Of a DNA stretch of 64,000 bases, positions 39,601 through 48,095 are shown piece after piece. Position 1 is the first letter of the stretch; every line of letters starts with the position of its first letter. The notes under the pieces were generated by a model. It searched no databases. It saw only the letters and a program-made list of their open reading frames with translations, and had not been told where the DNA came from. The translations under genes were made by a program, and so were the position numbers. Origin of the DNA: an uncultured Spirochaetota bacterium (GTDB lineage Bacteria > Spirochaetota > Spirochaetia > SZUA-6 > DRHE01); contig CAVUYS010000006.1 in assembly GCA_963745745.1 (NCBI GenBank), forward strand, positions 4,503-68,502, given 5' to 3'.

Positions 39601-39778
39601 CCGGCACGAAGCCCTTGGCCCCCTCGACGCGCACCACGCATACCCAGCAGGAGGCGTAGGGCTCCAGGCGGGGGTCGTGGCAAAGAGTGGGGATGCGCAG
39701 GCCCTGGGCCTCGGCCACGTCCAGGATGGTCTGCTCGGGCCGGGCCAGAAGGCGCCGGCCGTTCAGCTCGATCTCCAC
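36635..39778 (-). CDS. multidomain iron-sulfur flavoprotein: N-terminal 2Fe-2S ferredoxin + GltD/NfnB-like NAD(P)H-FAD oxidoreductase + 4Fe-4S clusters + NuoG/formate-dehydrogenase-like C-terminal domain
   Basis: Intact 1047-aa ORF (GTG 39778). IELNGRRL…PTLCHDPRLEPYASCWVCVV (NuoG-type 2Fe-2S); VVVIGAGPAGLSAAYYL and VAVIGGGNTAIDSART (two dinucleotide folds as in GltD); CVLCGRCIRIC, CINCGQCVSACP, CSLCSVGCP cluster motifs. Confidence 0.75.
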   Translation of the reverse strand: MEIELNGRRLLARPEQTILDVAEAQGLRIPTLCHDPRLEPYASCWVCVVRVEGAKGFVPACSTRVRQGMRVVTDDADLRATRRMALELMLSNHYGDCKAPCTLTCPSNLDVQGYLGLIANGNDREALALIKRDCPFPLSIGRVCPRPCEEACRRNLVDEPVGIDWCKRYAADLDMGSAAPYDPPVAAKTGRRVVVIGAGPAGLSAAYYLAQAGVAVTVLESEEKAGGMLRYGIPDYRLPQPVLDKEVQSILRLGVELKTGVRLGRDVQLEELRKSYDAVLLAFGAWKGSGLRIQGEDRPGVLIGIDFLREVALGRRPQLGDRVAVIGGGNTAIDSARTAARLGVREVNLFYRRTDVEMPASQAEVHEALEEGVHFYYLVAPMMIQEKGKGLKALRLIKMQLGEPDSSGRRRPVPLEGSDFEVEVDTVISAIGQYPDTSALAKTAGLLDERGLLKCDEETGRTGVPGVFAAGDLPTGADIAIRAIAGGKHAARAILAWLAGGDYRRPVEFLSKKEDFGKPTEAEFQQEPRVARQAMPMTEASARVKSFEEIEQGLSAEQARAEARRCLECGCQDVHECRLKEYAQEYGASARHYEGEIQKHPIDESHPFIRRDPAKCVLCGRCIRICLEVQGLGVLGYVRRGFQSLVVPTFGVSFGEDPLCINCGQCVSACPVGALTEKIPDGKTVPLIEAIQEGFCSLCSVGCPVELRSHGGLLVRVKERTLKGAGAGANGAAASGAAGGGLLCEKGRFGLVKLLQAAGRGGGSAPSAGGKPLQAAEARARLEALLGKARQPLLRLSPVLAAEVLDRFLAFASTRGIPVQAEGLAGLEPGWVDLLRRPAAVAVAAPGANGVPRILIAGGLDRANNVAFTDCLALQRRGQARLWYYGETEEVYERFFERILPDPALLAEGLKGAGGPVTVLVNPEQLLAEAGKGAERKVLAALRAAGPEVRITLYWNSRNAAYLLEALDRQGAGLEAPHDLLLDAGLSADGKAAVRWGLTAGAEAGQAGLFIPLPRAAFLSGLGKPSGREPLQAGELDKALLQNLLVG

Positions 39779-41729
39779 GAAGCGCGTGCGCGGGGCGACT
39801 GCGCCGGGGCGCGGCCTTGCGGACGGCCGGCTTGTTCCGGGCGGCCGGCTTCTTGGCGGCGACCTTCTTCGACACGGCCTTCCGCGGCGCGATCTTCCGG
39901 GCGCTCACGCGGCACCGCCTTCCGCGGCAGCGGCTCGGCAGCCCCGACGGCGGCCGCCTCCGGACCGGTGAGCACCTCGATGGCGTCGAACCGGCAGGCC
40001 TGGAAGCACAGGCCGCACTGGATGCACTTGTCCTGGATGATCGTATGCACTTTCTTTCGTTCTCCCACGGCGGCCTGGGTCGGGCAGACCTTGGCGCAGG
40101 CCATGCAGCCCGTGCAGGTCTCGGGAACCACGCGGTAGCGGATCAGGGCCCGGCACTGTCTTGGCCCGGCAGCGCTTCTCGCGGATGTGCTCTTCGTACT
40201 CCTCCCGGAAGTACCGCAGGGTGGTGAGCACCGGGTTGGGCGCGGTCTGCCCCAGCCCGCACAGGGAGGCCAGGCGCACCTTGGCGGCCAGCTCCTCGAA
40301 GCAGCTCGATGTCGGACATCCGGCCCTGGCCGTCGCAGATGCGCTCCAGGGTCTCCAGCATCCGCTTGGTGCCGATGCGGCAGAAGGTGCACTTGCCGCA
40401 GGACTCGCTCTGGGTGAAGCTCAGGAAGTAGCGGGCCACGTCCACCATGCAGGTGGACTCGTCCATCACCACCATGCCGCCGGAGCCCATGATCGCCCCG
40501 GTGGCGGTGAGCGAGTCGTAGTCGACCTGCACGTCCAGCAGGCTCTCCGGGATGCAGCCCCCGGAGGGGCCGCCCATCTGCACGGCCTTGAACTTCTTGT
40601 CCCCGGCGATGCCCCCGCCGACCTCGAAGATCACCTCGCGCAGGGTGATGCCCATGGGCACCTCGATCATGCCCCCGCGCTTGATCTTGCCGGCCAGGGC
40701 GAACACCTTGGTGCCCTTGCTCTTGGCCGTGCCCAGCTTGGCGTACTCCGCCCCGCCCTTGCGCAGGATGTACGGGACGTTGCCGTAGGTCTCCACGTTG
40801 TTGATGTTCGTCGGGGCGCCCCACAGCCCGCGCTCCGCGGGGAAGGGCGGGCGCAGCGTGGGCATGCCGCGCTTGCCCTCGATGGAGTCCATCAGGGCCG
40901 TCTCCTCGCCGCAGACGAAGGCCCCGGCTCCCTCCTTGACGTGGATCTCGAAGCTGAAGTCGGTTCCCATGACGCGCTGCCCGAGCAGCTTCTTCCGCTT
41001 GGCCTGCTGGATGGCGATCTCCAGGCGCTTGATGGCCAGCGGGTACTCGGCCCGCACGTAGATGTAGCCCTCGTCCGCGCCGATGGCGTAGGCCGCGATG
41101 ACCATGCCCTCCAGCACCGCGTGCGGGTCGCTCTCCAGCAGGCTGCGGTCCATGAAGGCCCCCGGGTCCCCCTCGTCCGCGTTGCAGATCAGGTAGCGCT
41201 TGCCCGGGCGGCTCGCGCGGGCCAGGGACCACTTCAGGCCCGTGGAGAAACCCGCCCCGCCGCGCCCGCGCAGGCCGGAGGTCTGCACCTCGTCGATGAC
41301 CTGCTCCGGGGTCATGGAGGTCAGGACCTTGCGCAGGGCCTGGTAGCCTTCCGCGGCCAGGTAGTCCTCGATGGACTCCGGGTCGATGACCCCGCAGTTG
41401 GCCAGCACGATCTTGCGCTGCCGGGCCAGGTAGGGGTAGTCCTCGGGGATCAGCAGCTCCTGCACGGGGCTGCCCCCGACCACGTGAGCCTCCACCACCT
41501 GCCGGGCCTTGCCGGCGTCCAGGTCGCCGTACAGGAAGCGTTCGCCCCCTTCCGTGCGCACCTCCACCAGGGGCTCGCGGTGACAGGCCCCGATGCAGCC
41601 GGTGGAAGTCACCGGGATTTTCAGCCCGCGCGCGGCGAGCTCCGCCAGCAGGGCCTCGTGCACCTGCCGGGCCCCGGCGGCAATGCCGCAGGAGCCCATG
41701 CCGACCACCAGCTCCGTGACCGCGCTCAT
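39763..41729 (-). pseudogene. NuoF/HydB-like NADH-binding FMN iron-sulfur subunit with C-terminal 2x[4Fe-4S] domain; two to three frameshifts as assembled
   Basis: [20 protein letters not shown]…[16 protein letters not shown]…[10 protein letters not shown]…[12 protein letters not shown]… Then …[15 protein letters not shown]… and …[12 protein letters not shown]…[12 protein letters not shown]… in other frames (shifts near 40310 and 40150). The 3' end is uncertain (see finding on 39779-39908). Confidence 0.75.
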
Positions 41730-42189
41730 GACTTGCCCTTTCGTCAAGACCTTCTTCAGCTTGTCGCCGGTGAGCCGGCCGTACACCTCCGCGTCCAGCA
41801 TGACCACCGGAGCCAGGGAGCAGCAGCCCAGGCAGGCCACCTTCTCCAGCGAGTACTCCCCGTCCGCGGTGGTCTGGCCCGGCCTCCACGCCCAGCTCCA
41901 TCTTCAAGGTCGTGTCCAGCGAGTCCGCCCCGTTCACGTGGCAGGCCGTGCCGTGGCAGACCTTCAGGGTGTGCCTGCCCGGGGGCTGGAAGCGGAACTG
42001 GGCGTAGAAGGTGGCCACCCCGTAGATCTCCGCCGGGGACTTGCCCGTGACCCGGGCGATGCGGGCCATGTCCTCGTTGGAGAGGAAGCCCCGCAGCTCC
42101 TGGGTCTTCTGCAGCAGGGGAATGACGTTGCCTTTTTGGCCCCGCCAGGCTTCGAGCAAGCGCTCGAAGGAATCCGCGACATGTTCCAC
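41726..42189 (-). pseudogene. NuoE/HydC-like 2Fe-2S thioredoxin-fold subunit, frameshifted as assembled
   Basis: GTG 42189: MEHVADSFERLLEAWRGQKGNVIPLLQKTQE…LKVCHGTACHVNGA… The rest, …[25 protein letters not shown]…, is in another frame (shift near 41890). There is no in-frame stop before the nuoF-like ATG 41729. Confidence 0.7.
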
Positions 42190-42280
42190 GATTGTGCCCT
42201 TTCGCTTACTCTGGAGGTTGGCGCCGATATCCTACCACGACCGGTCCGATTCGGCAATAGAAATGCGGCCCTGAGCCGCC

Positions 42281-42309
42281 TTGACAGGCCGGGACCTGGA
42301 GGCGAGGAT
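42281..42309 (+). promoter_or_regulatory. candidate promoter TTGACA-17-GAGGAT ending 8 nt before the kinase ATG
   Basis: TTGACA 42281-42286, GAGGAT 42304-42309, ATG 42318. No SD in between. Confidence 0.3.
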
Positions 42310-42317
42310 GAGCCTCC

Positions 42318-43316
42318 ATGGAGGCGGTGAAGCGGATCCTGGCGGTCGGGGATGTCAACCTGGACCTCCTGCTCACAGGCCTGGACCGCCTCCCCGCAGC
42401 CGAGGAAGAGTCCCTCGCCCGCGGCCTGGAGTTCCTGGTCGGCGGGCAGACGGGCACCGTGGCCCGCGCGCTCGCCCGGCTGGGGCTGGCCGTCCGCTTC
42501 GCGGGCCGGGTGGGCGACGACGACTACGGCCGCCTGGCGCTGCGGGAGCTCTCCACGGCGGGCGTGGACACCGGCAGCCTGATCGTCGACCCCGCCTTGC
42601 GGACCGGGGTGACAGTGGTGCTTTCCACCGGCGCCCAGCGCGCCTATGCCACTTATGCCGGCTCCGCGGCCCAGGCCCGGCGCTCCGACGTGACCGCGGA
42701 GAGCCTGGCCTGGGCCGACCACCTGCACGTCGGTTCGTACTACCTGCAAGCGGCACTGCGGCCGCAGCTGCCGGAGTTGCTCCGGGAGGCCCGGCGCCGG
42801 GGGCGGAGCACTTCCCTGGATCCCGGCTGGGACCCCTCCGGCAGGTGGGGGCAGGAAATCCGCGACCTGCTGCCCTTGGTCGACCTCTTCCTGCCCAACC
42901 AGGCCGAGGCCGCCGCAATCTCGGGTGAGCAGGCGCCGGAGAAGGCGTTGGCCGCGCTGTCCGCGCTGGCCTCCCCGGACGCGGTGGTCGTGGTCAAGAT
43001 GGGCGCGGCCGGCTGCCTGGCCGGAAACCGGGCCGAGGCCTGGCGCTGCCCCGCCTTCCGGGTAAAGGTCGTCGAGGTGACCAGTGCGGGGGACGTGTTC
43101 GGCGCGGGCTTCCTCTACGGGTTTCTGGGCGGCTGGAACCTGCCGGAGGCGGCCCGCTTCGCCAGCGCCTGCGGGGCCCTGGCCGTGCAGCGACCCGGCA
43201 GCGGCGGCATCGTGGCCGGCCTGCGCCAGGTCCAGGAGTTCCTCGCCTCCAGGCAGGAGGAGGCGGTCCCGATAAAACTGATCCAGGAGGCGGACATTGA
43301 ATCCGAGCCAAGATGA
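42318..43316 (+). CDS. PfkB family carbohydrate kinase (FrlD-like)
   Basis: Intact 332-aa ORF. ILAVGDVNLDL, GGQTGTVARALARLG and the C-terminal TSAGDVFGAGFLYG anion-hole motif. Confidence 0.85.
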   Translation: MEAVKRILAVGDVNLDLLLTGLDRLPAAEEESLARGLEFLVGGQTGTVARALARLGLAVRFAGRVGDDDYGRLALRELSTAGVDTGSLIVDPALRTGVTVVLSTGAQRAYATYAGSAAQARRSDVTAESLAWADHLHVGSYYLQAALRPQLPELLREARRRGRSTSLDPGWDPSGRWGQEIRDLLPLVDLFLPNQAEAAAISGEQAPEKALAALSALASPDAVVVVKMGAAGCLAGNRAEAWRCPAFRVKVVEVTSAGDVFGAGFLYGFLGGWNLPEAARFASACGALAVQRPGSGGIVAGLRQVQEFLASRQEEAVPIKLIQEADIESEPR

Positions 43317-44400
43317 CCGGCACATGCTGGAGGAAATCGAGAACCAGCCCGAGGCGTGGGCCCGCAGCATCCAGATCGTGGAGGCCATGGCCGGCCGGCT
43401 GCGCACGCTGGCCCGGGGCCGGGAGGAAGTCCTGTTCACCGGCTGCGGCTCCGGCTTGAACGCGGCCGAGGCCATCGCCCCGGCCTTCCAGCGCTGCACC
43501 GGCATCCGCGCCCGCGCGGTCCCGGCGGCCGAGCTGGTGTTCTTCGCCGAGACCGTGCTGGTCCCCGACAGCCGCGCGCTGGTCGTGGCCATTTCGCGCT
43601 CCGGCGCCACCACCGAGACGCTCCTGGCCGGAGAGGAGGCCCGGCGGCGGGACCTGCCGACCCTGGCGCTCACCTGCCGGCAGGACAGCCCCCTGGCGCG
43701 GCAGAGCACGGAGGCCATCGTGTTGGAGCCGGCCGGCGAGCGGAGCGTGACCACCACCCAGAGCCTGACCAGCATGGTCCTGAGCGGCCAACTGACCGCC
43801 GGCATCCTCTCCGGCAACACCGAGTACCTTGGGCAGTTGCGCCGCCTGCCCGAGCTGGCTGGAGCACGCATGGAGCGGTTCCACCGTCTGGGACGCCGGG
43901 TCGGGGAGGAGGCCGCCATCCGCAAGTTCGCCTTCGTGGCCAGCGGCTCCCTGCGCGGTATAGCCAGGGAAGCCCAGCTCAAGATCAAGGAGATGGTGCT
44001 CCTTCCCGCCGACGCCTATCCCCTGCTGGACTACCGCCACGGTCCCAAGTCCAACGTCGATCGCGGCATGCTGGTCACGGTCCTGAGCACCGACCGCACC
44101 CGCGTGGTGGAAGACGAGCTCATGGTCGAGATGAAAAGCCTGCAGGGCCGGCTGCTGTTCATCGGCCAGAAGGCCGATACCGGCATCGCCGCTTCCGCGG
44201 ACTACGTCGTCGAGTTGGAGTCGGGGCTTGCGGATTTCGCGCGCGACGTCCTGTGCCTGGTGCCGCTGCACTTCCTGGCGTACTACAAGTCCCTGGCCGA
44301 AGGCCAGAGCCCATCGACCCCGAAGAACCTGAGCTACTGGGTGCGCACCGAGGGGTTGAGCGGAGCGGGCGGGTCCAAGGGATCGGGCTCCCCGGCCTGA
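43297..44400 (+). CDS. SIS-domain sugar(amine)-phosphate isomerase/deglycase (AgaS/FrlB-like)
   Basis: AGGAGG RBS and TTG start. FTGCGSGLNAA…AISRSGATTET (SIS motif), followed by a second SIS half. Overlaps the kinase gene by 20 nt. Confidence 0.8.
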   Translation: MNPSQDDRHMLEEIENQPEAWARSIQIVEAMAGRLRTLARGREEVLFTGCGSGLNAAEAIAPAFQRCTGIRARAVPAAELVFFAETVLVPDSRALVVAISRSGATTETLLAGEEARRRDLPTLALTCRQDSPLARQSTEAIVLEPAGERSVTTTQSLTSMVLSGQLTAGILSGNTEYLGQLRRLPELAGARMERFHRLGRRVGEEAAIRKFAFVASGSLRGIAREAQLKIKEMVLLPADAYPLLDYRHGPKSNVDRGMLVTVLSTDRTRVVEDELMVEMKSLQGRLLFIGQKADTGIAASADYVVELESGLADFARDVLCLVPLHFLAYYKSLAEGQSPSTPKNLSYWVRTEGLSGAGGSKGSGSPA

Positions 44401-45890
44401 AAGGTTCGCCCGCCTGGGGCCAGGCGCCCGGGGACAAGCCTCCCCTTCCACCAGCCGCGCTCCGGCAGGCGCAGCGCACCCTCCGCCTCAAGGCAGGCCA
44501 GGGCTTCCGCGATGTCCTCCGGCTCCCAGCCGGAGAGCAGGCCGTAATCGCGGAAGCAGTCCAGCTCGTCGCGGACCACCTCGTAGCAGCGCCGGCCGCA
44601 GAGCACCTGCACCGCCTGGCGCCGGGTGAAGCGGCGGCGATGCCGCCGGAAGAAGGCTCGCAGCGCCAGCCGGCCTTCCGCCGGCTCCCCGGCCCGGCCC
44701 GCGCACACGTCGCAGCCCGAGCAGGGCGGGGCCGGCAGGCCCAGCGCCTCCAGCAGCGCCGCCCGCCGGCAGGTGCCCGGGTCGCGCACGCGCTCCAGCA
44801 GGCGCAGGTAGCGGCGGCGCTCCAGCTCCGAGGTCAGGCCCGGCCCTGCGGCGAAGGCCAGGTCCTCCGCTCCATACAGCAGCAGGCATTCCGCCGGCCG
44901 GCCGTCGCGTCCGGCGCGGCCGGACTCCTGCAGGTAGGCCTCCACGGAATAGGGCACGTCCCGGTGCACGACGGTGCGGATGTCCGGTTTGTCCACGCCC
45001 AGCCCGTAGGCCGAGGTGGCCGTGAGCACCCCGTCGCCGGAGCGCAGGAACCAGGCCTCCACCTGCCGCCTCTCCCCGGGCTCCAGACCCGCGTGATAGA
45101 AGAACACCTCCGCACTGCCCAGGCGGCGGCGCAGGAGGCGGGCGGCGGACTCGGCCGCCGGGCGGCTGCGGCAGAACACCAGCGCGGGTCGCGCGGCCGC
45201 GGGGCCGGCCCCGCCCAACAGGCCGCACAGGGCCCGCTGCTTGGAAAGCACCTCTGTGAAACGGTAGCGCAGGTTGGGGCGGTCCGGGTCGGCCTGCACC
45301 AGGACCGGCTCGCGCCCGGCGAACAGGTGCGCCCGCACGGCCCGCAGGGTTTCCGGGCTGGCCGTGGCCGTGAAGGCGCTCAGGCGCCCGACCTCCAGGT
45401 GTCGGAAGCGGCGCCCCAGCTCCAGGTAGTCGGGGCGGAACTCCGGTCCCCACTCGGCCACGCAGTGCGCCTCGTCCACCACCGCGTGGGCCACCTTCAG
45501 GCCGCGCAGCAGCTCCCGCACGCCCGGGGTGCCCAGCGCCTCCGGCGTGGTGTACAGCAGGCGCAGCTCCCCGCGGGCGGCCTGCTCCCCGATGCGGCGG
45601 CGCTCCCCGGCGCTCTGTCCCCCGCGCAGCGCGTCCGCGGGCAGCGCCGCCTGCCGGCAGTGGGAAAGCTGGTCCTCCAGCAGCGACAGCAGGGGCACCA
45701 CCACCAGGGTGATCCCGTCCAGCACCCGGCTGGGAAGCTGGAAGCACAGGGACTTGCCGGCTCCGGTGGGCAGGACCACGATCTGGTCGGCGCCCTCCAG
45801 GACGTTGGCGATCACCAGGCGCTGGATGGGGTACAGGTACTTCAGGCCGAAGTCGCGCTCGGCCAGCTGGGCTACGGGGTCCGGGGTCAC
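44334..45890 (-). CDS. recQ: RecQ family ATP-dependent DNA helicase
   Basis: GTG 45890 (GTGA overlap). YPIQRLVI…LPTGAGKSLCFQLP…VVDEAHCVAEWGPEFRPDY…TATA…AYGLGVDKPDIRTVVH…QESGRAGRDG… Zn-finger-like CSGCDVC. Confidence 0.85.
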   Translation of the reverse strand: MTPDPVAQLAERDFGLKYLYPIQRLVIANVLEGADQIVVLPTGAGKSLCFQLPSRVLDGITLVVVPLLSLLEDQLSHCRQAALPADALRGGQSAGERRRIGEQAARGELRLLYTTPEALGTPGVRELLRGLKVAHAVVDEAHCVAEWGPEFRPDYLELGRRFRHLEVGRLSAFTATASPETLRAVRAHLFAGREPVLVQADPDRPNLRYRFTEVLSKQRALCGLLGGAGPAAARPALVFCRSRPAAESAARLLRRRLGSAEVFFYHAGLEPGERRQVEAWFLRSGDGVLTATSAYGLGVDKPDIRTVVHRDVPYSVEAYLQESGRAGRDGRPAECLLLYGAEDLAFAAGPGLTSELERRRYLRLLERVRDPGTCRRAALLEALGLPAPPCSGCDVCAGRAGEPAEGRLALRAFFRRHRRRFTRRQAVQVLCGRRCYEVVRDELDCFRDYGLLSGWEPEDIAEALACLEAEGALRLPERGWWKGRLVPGRLAPGGRTFQAGEPDPLDPPAPLNPSVRTQ

Positions 45891-46678
45891 CCTTTCCTGA
45901 GGCTCATGCGGAAGAAGTAGTCGTCCATGATCTCCACCAGCTCGGGGGAGAACTCCAGGGCGCAGGTCACGCGCCGGCGCTGCTTGTCGGTGAGCGTGCT
46001 GTCCTCGATTTTCCCGCTGACCATGAACTGGTAGGTCTGGAAGTACAGCTTGACGATCAGGGTCTGGCCCGCGGCCAGACCCTGGGCCGAAAGGGGCAGC
46101 TCCAGCACCAGGCGGTTCACCGCCAGGGACAACAGGCGGGCGGGAACCTTCTGGGCCGCGTGCTGGCACTCCACGTAGTTGTTGTAGCGCATGACCCGGG
46201 CCACGGCCGGATCGATGGCCACCTGGCGGTCCTTGTAGCCGGTGTACTGGTTCTTCAACCCTTCGAAAGACAGCACGTAGTCGCCGATGATCTCCACCAG
46301 CTCGGCGGGGCAGCTCTTATAGACGATCTCCATCAGGCAGACGTTGGTCTTGCCCTTGACCGGTCCAATGCGCTCCAGGTTCCCTCGCAAGAGCAGGTTC
46401 ATCGGAGTCTTGGCCGGCTGCTTCTGGAAGGCGATGGTGAGCGAAGCCGCTTTGGCGCGGAACTGCTGGAAGAAGTTGATCTCCTCCGGGGTCAGGATGA
46501 CCAGCAGGATGATCCGGGACATGGAGAGCTGGTAGGGGGCGCAGATCAGCATGTAGTCTTCGATTTTCAGCAGGGTCTGGGACTGCAGCAACCCGAGCTT
46601 CTTGACGGCGTAGGGGTTGAAGCGCACGATCTCGGAAGCGAACTTCTGCTGGTACTCCTGCACCCGTGAAGCGGCCAT
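45887..46678 (-). CDS. hypothetical protein (two internally similar halves), translationally coupled to recQ
   Basis: 263-aa ORF from ATG 46678. Visibly more A/T-rich than its neighbours. No family recognised with confidence. Confidence 0.5.
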   Translation of the reverse strand: MAASRVQEYQQKFASEIVRFNPYAVKKLGLLQSQTLLKIEDYMLICAPYQLSMSRIILLVILTPEEINFFQQFRAKAASLTIAFQKQPAKTPMNLLLRGNLERIGPVKGKTNVCLMEIVYKSCPAELVEIIGDYVLSFEGLKNQYTGYKDRQVAIDPAVARVMRYNNYVECQHAAQKVPARLLSLAVNRLVLELPLSAQGLAAGQTLIVKLYFQTYQFMVSGKIEDSTLTDKQRRRVTCALEFSPELVEIMDDYFFRMSLRKG

Positions 46679-46731
46679 AGCTCCTGTAATTGTAATAACC
46701 TGTATGAATAAGTCAAGCAGAGACGCAATTA

Positions 46732-46759
46732 TTGACACGCCGCGTCATTCCGGTATGCT
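46732..46759 (+). promoter_or_regulatory. candidate promoter TTGACA-16-TATGCT ending 9 nt before ATG 46769
   Basis: Read directly. No SD between the -10 box and the start codon. Confidence 0.4.
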
Positions 46760-46768
46760 TGGCACGGT

Positions 46769-47773
46769 ATGAATGAAGGCAAACTGCCTCCCGCCGTGCT
46801 GGAACGCCTGCTGCGGCACACCGCCTCCGCCGGCAGGGAGGTGCTGGTGGGCGCGGAGGCCGGCGAGGACGCGGCCGTGGTGCGCGGCGGGCGGCGGCTG
46901 GTGCTCACCGCCGACCCCATCACCTTCACCGAGGAGAACATCGGCCTGTACGCGGTGGCGGTGAACTGCAACGACATCGTGGCCATGGGCGGCAGGCCGC
47001 GCTACCTGATCACCACCCTGCTGCTGCCCCCGCGCTTCCCCGCCTCCCGGCTGTCGGCCATCTTCCGGGAAATCCGCGGCGCCGCCGAAACCGCCGGGGT
47101 GCTGTGGGTCGGCGGGCACACGGAGGTGACTTCGGCCGTGACGCGGGTGGTGATCTCGGCCCAGGCCATCGGCTTCCTGCGCCATCCCCCGCTGCTGACC
47201 TCCGCGGCCCGGCCCGGGCAGGCGCTGGTGATGACCAAGTGGGCCGCCCTGGAGGCCTGCACCCTGATCGCCCGGGAAAAGCCGGCGGAGGTGCGCCGCC
47301 TCCTGGGGGCCGCCGGCCACCGCGAGGTGCTGGGCTGGCTGGCCTCCCCCGGGATCGGCATCCTGCCCGAAGGCCGCATCCTGGAGCGCTTCCGCCTGGC
47401 CGCCGGCCACGACCCCACCGAAGGGGGCATCGCCACCGGGATCCACGAGATCGCCTCGCGCTCCGGCGTGGGCATCCTGCTGCGGGAAGAGGACATCCCC
47501 GTGCATCCGCACGCCCGGGCCATCTGCCGGCACTTCGGCCTGGACCCTTTGGGCGCCCTGAGCTCCGGGGTGTTCCTGTTCACCGCCTCCCCCGAGGAGG
47601 CCCGCCGGGCCTGCGCCGCGCTGGCCCGCAAGGGCATTTCGGCGGCGGCGATCGGGGAGATCACCGAGCCCGGCCAGAAAGTACGCATCCTGCGCGCGGG
47701 CCGCCGATTGGCCCTGAAGCGCTTCGCCCGCGACGAGGTGCTCAGGCTGCAGAGGACGGCGGGCAAGCCATGA
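46769..47773 (+). CDS. AIR synthase-related (PurM/ThiL/HypE superfamily) protein
   Basis: Intact 334-aa ORF. …GEDAAVV…LVLTADPITF…AVAVNCNDIVAMGGRP…GGHTEV… matches PurM-superfamily N-domain motifs. Confidence 0.7.
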   Translation: MNEGKLPPAVLERLLRHTASAGREVLVGAEAGEDAAVVRGGRRLVLTADPITFTEENIGLYAVAVNCNDIVAMGGRPRYLITTLLLPPRFPASRLSAIFREIRGAAETAGVLWVGGHTEVTSAVTRVVISAQAIGFLRHPPLLTSAARPGQALVMTKWAALEACTLIAREKPAEVRRLLGAAGHREVLGWLASPGIGILPEGRILERFRLAAGHDPTEGGIATGIHEIASRSGVGILLREEDIPVHPHARAICRHFGLDPLGALSSGVFLFTASPEEARRACAALARKGISAAAIGEITEPGQKVRILRAGRRLALKRFARDEVLRLQRTAGKP

Positions 47774-48060
47774 TCCGGGTGGAGGGCCGGGAGCAGCCGG
47801 TAGCGTCCAGCCCCGCGGTTTCCATCCTGGTGCTGCTGCAGCGGGCCGCGGTGCCCATCCACACCGTCTGCGGGGGCAGGGCGCAGTGCGGCCGCTGCCT
47901 GATCCAGGTGCTGGAAGGCTCCGAGCGGATGAACCGCCCGGGACCCGCGGAGCTCCTGCGCCTCAAGGCCCTGTCGGCCGGCCCGGATTATCGGCTGGCC
48001 TGCCAGAGCTACACCCGCGGGGACCTGCGCATCCGGATCGTGAACCCGTCCGCCGTGTGA
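47770..48060 (+). CDS. small 2Fe-2S ferredoxin-like protein
   Basis: ATGA overlap with the upstream stop. 96 aa with Cys pattern C-x5-C-x2-C…C (CGGRAQCGRC…LAC). Confidence 0.6.
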   Translation: MIRVEGREQPVASSPAVSILVLLQRAAVPIHTVCGGRAQCGRCLIQVLEGSERMNRPGPAELLRLKALSAGPDYRLACQSYTRGDLRIRIVNPSAV

Positions 48061-48066
48061 GTTCGC

Positions 48067-48095
48067 GATATAGTTGACTAATTTAGTCCTATATC
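48067..48095. promoter_or_regulatory. nested AT-rich palindrome GATATAG-tt-GACTAA-t-TTAGTC-CTATATC overlapping a TTGACT box upstream of the FTR1 gene
   Basis: Arms 48067-48073/48089-48095 (7 bp) and 48076-48081/48083-48088 (6 bp), read directly. ATG is at 48108. Confidence 0.4.

Noticed and set aside
45887-46678. PilZ-type c-di-GMP receptor assignment for the 263-aa hypothetical protein
   Set aside because: Two internally similar halves with LSxxxxR(I/L)xL cores are loosely reminiscent of PilZ barrels. The diagnostic RxxxR and (D/N)xSxxG motifs are not present, so no functional call was made.
48067-48095. Interpreting the AT-rich palindrome solely as a terminator of the upstream ferredoxin gene
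   Set aside because: The stem is A/T-rich and interrupted, and it lacks a following T-tract. Its overlap with a -35-like box directly upstream of the iron permease favours an operator role. The terminator reading is not excluded.
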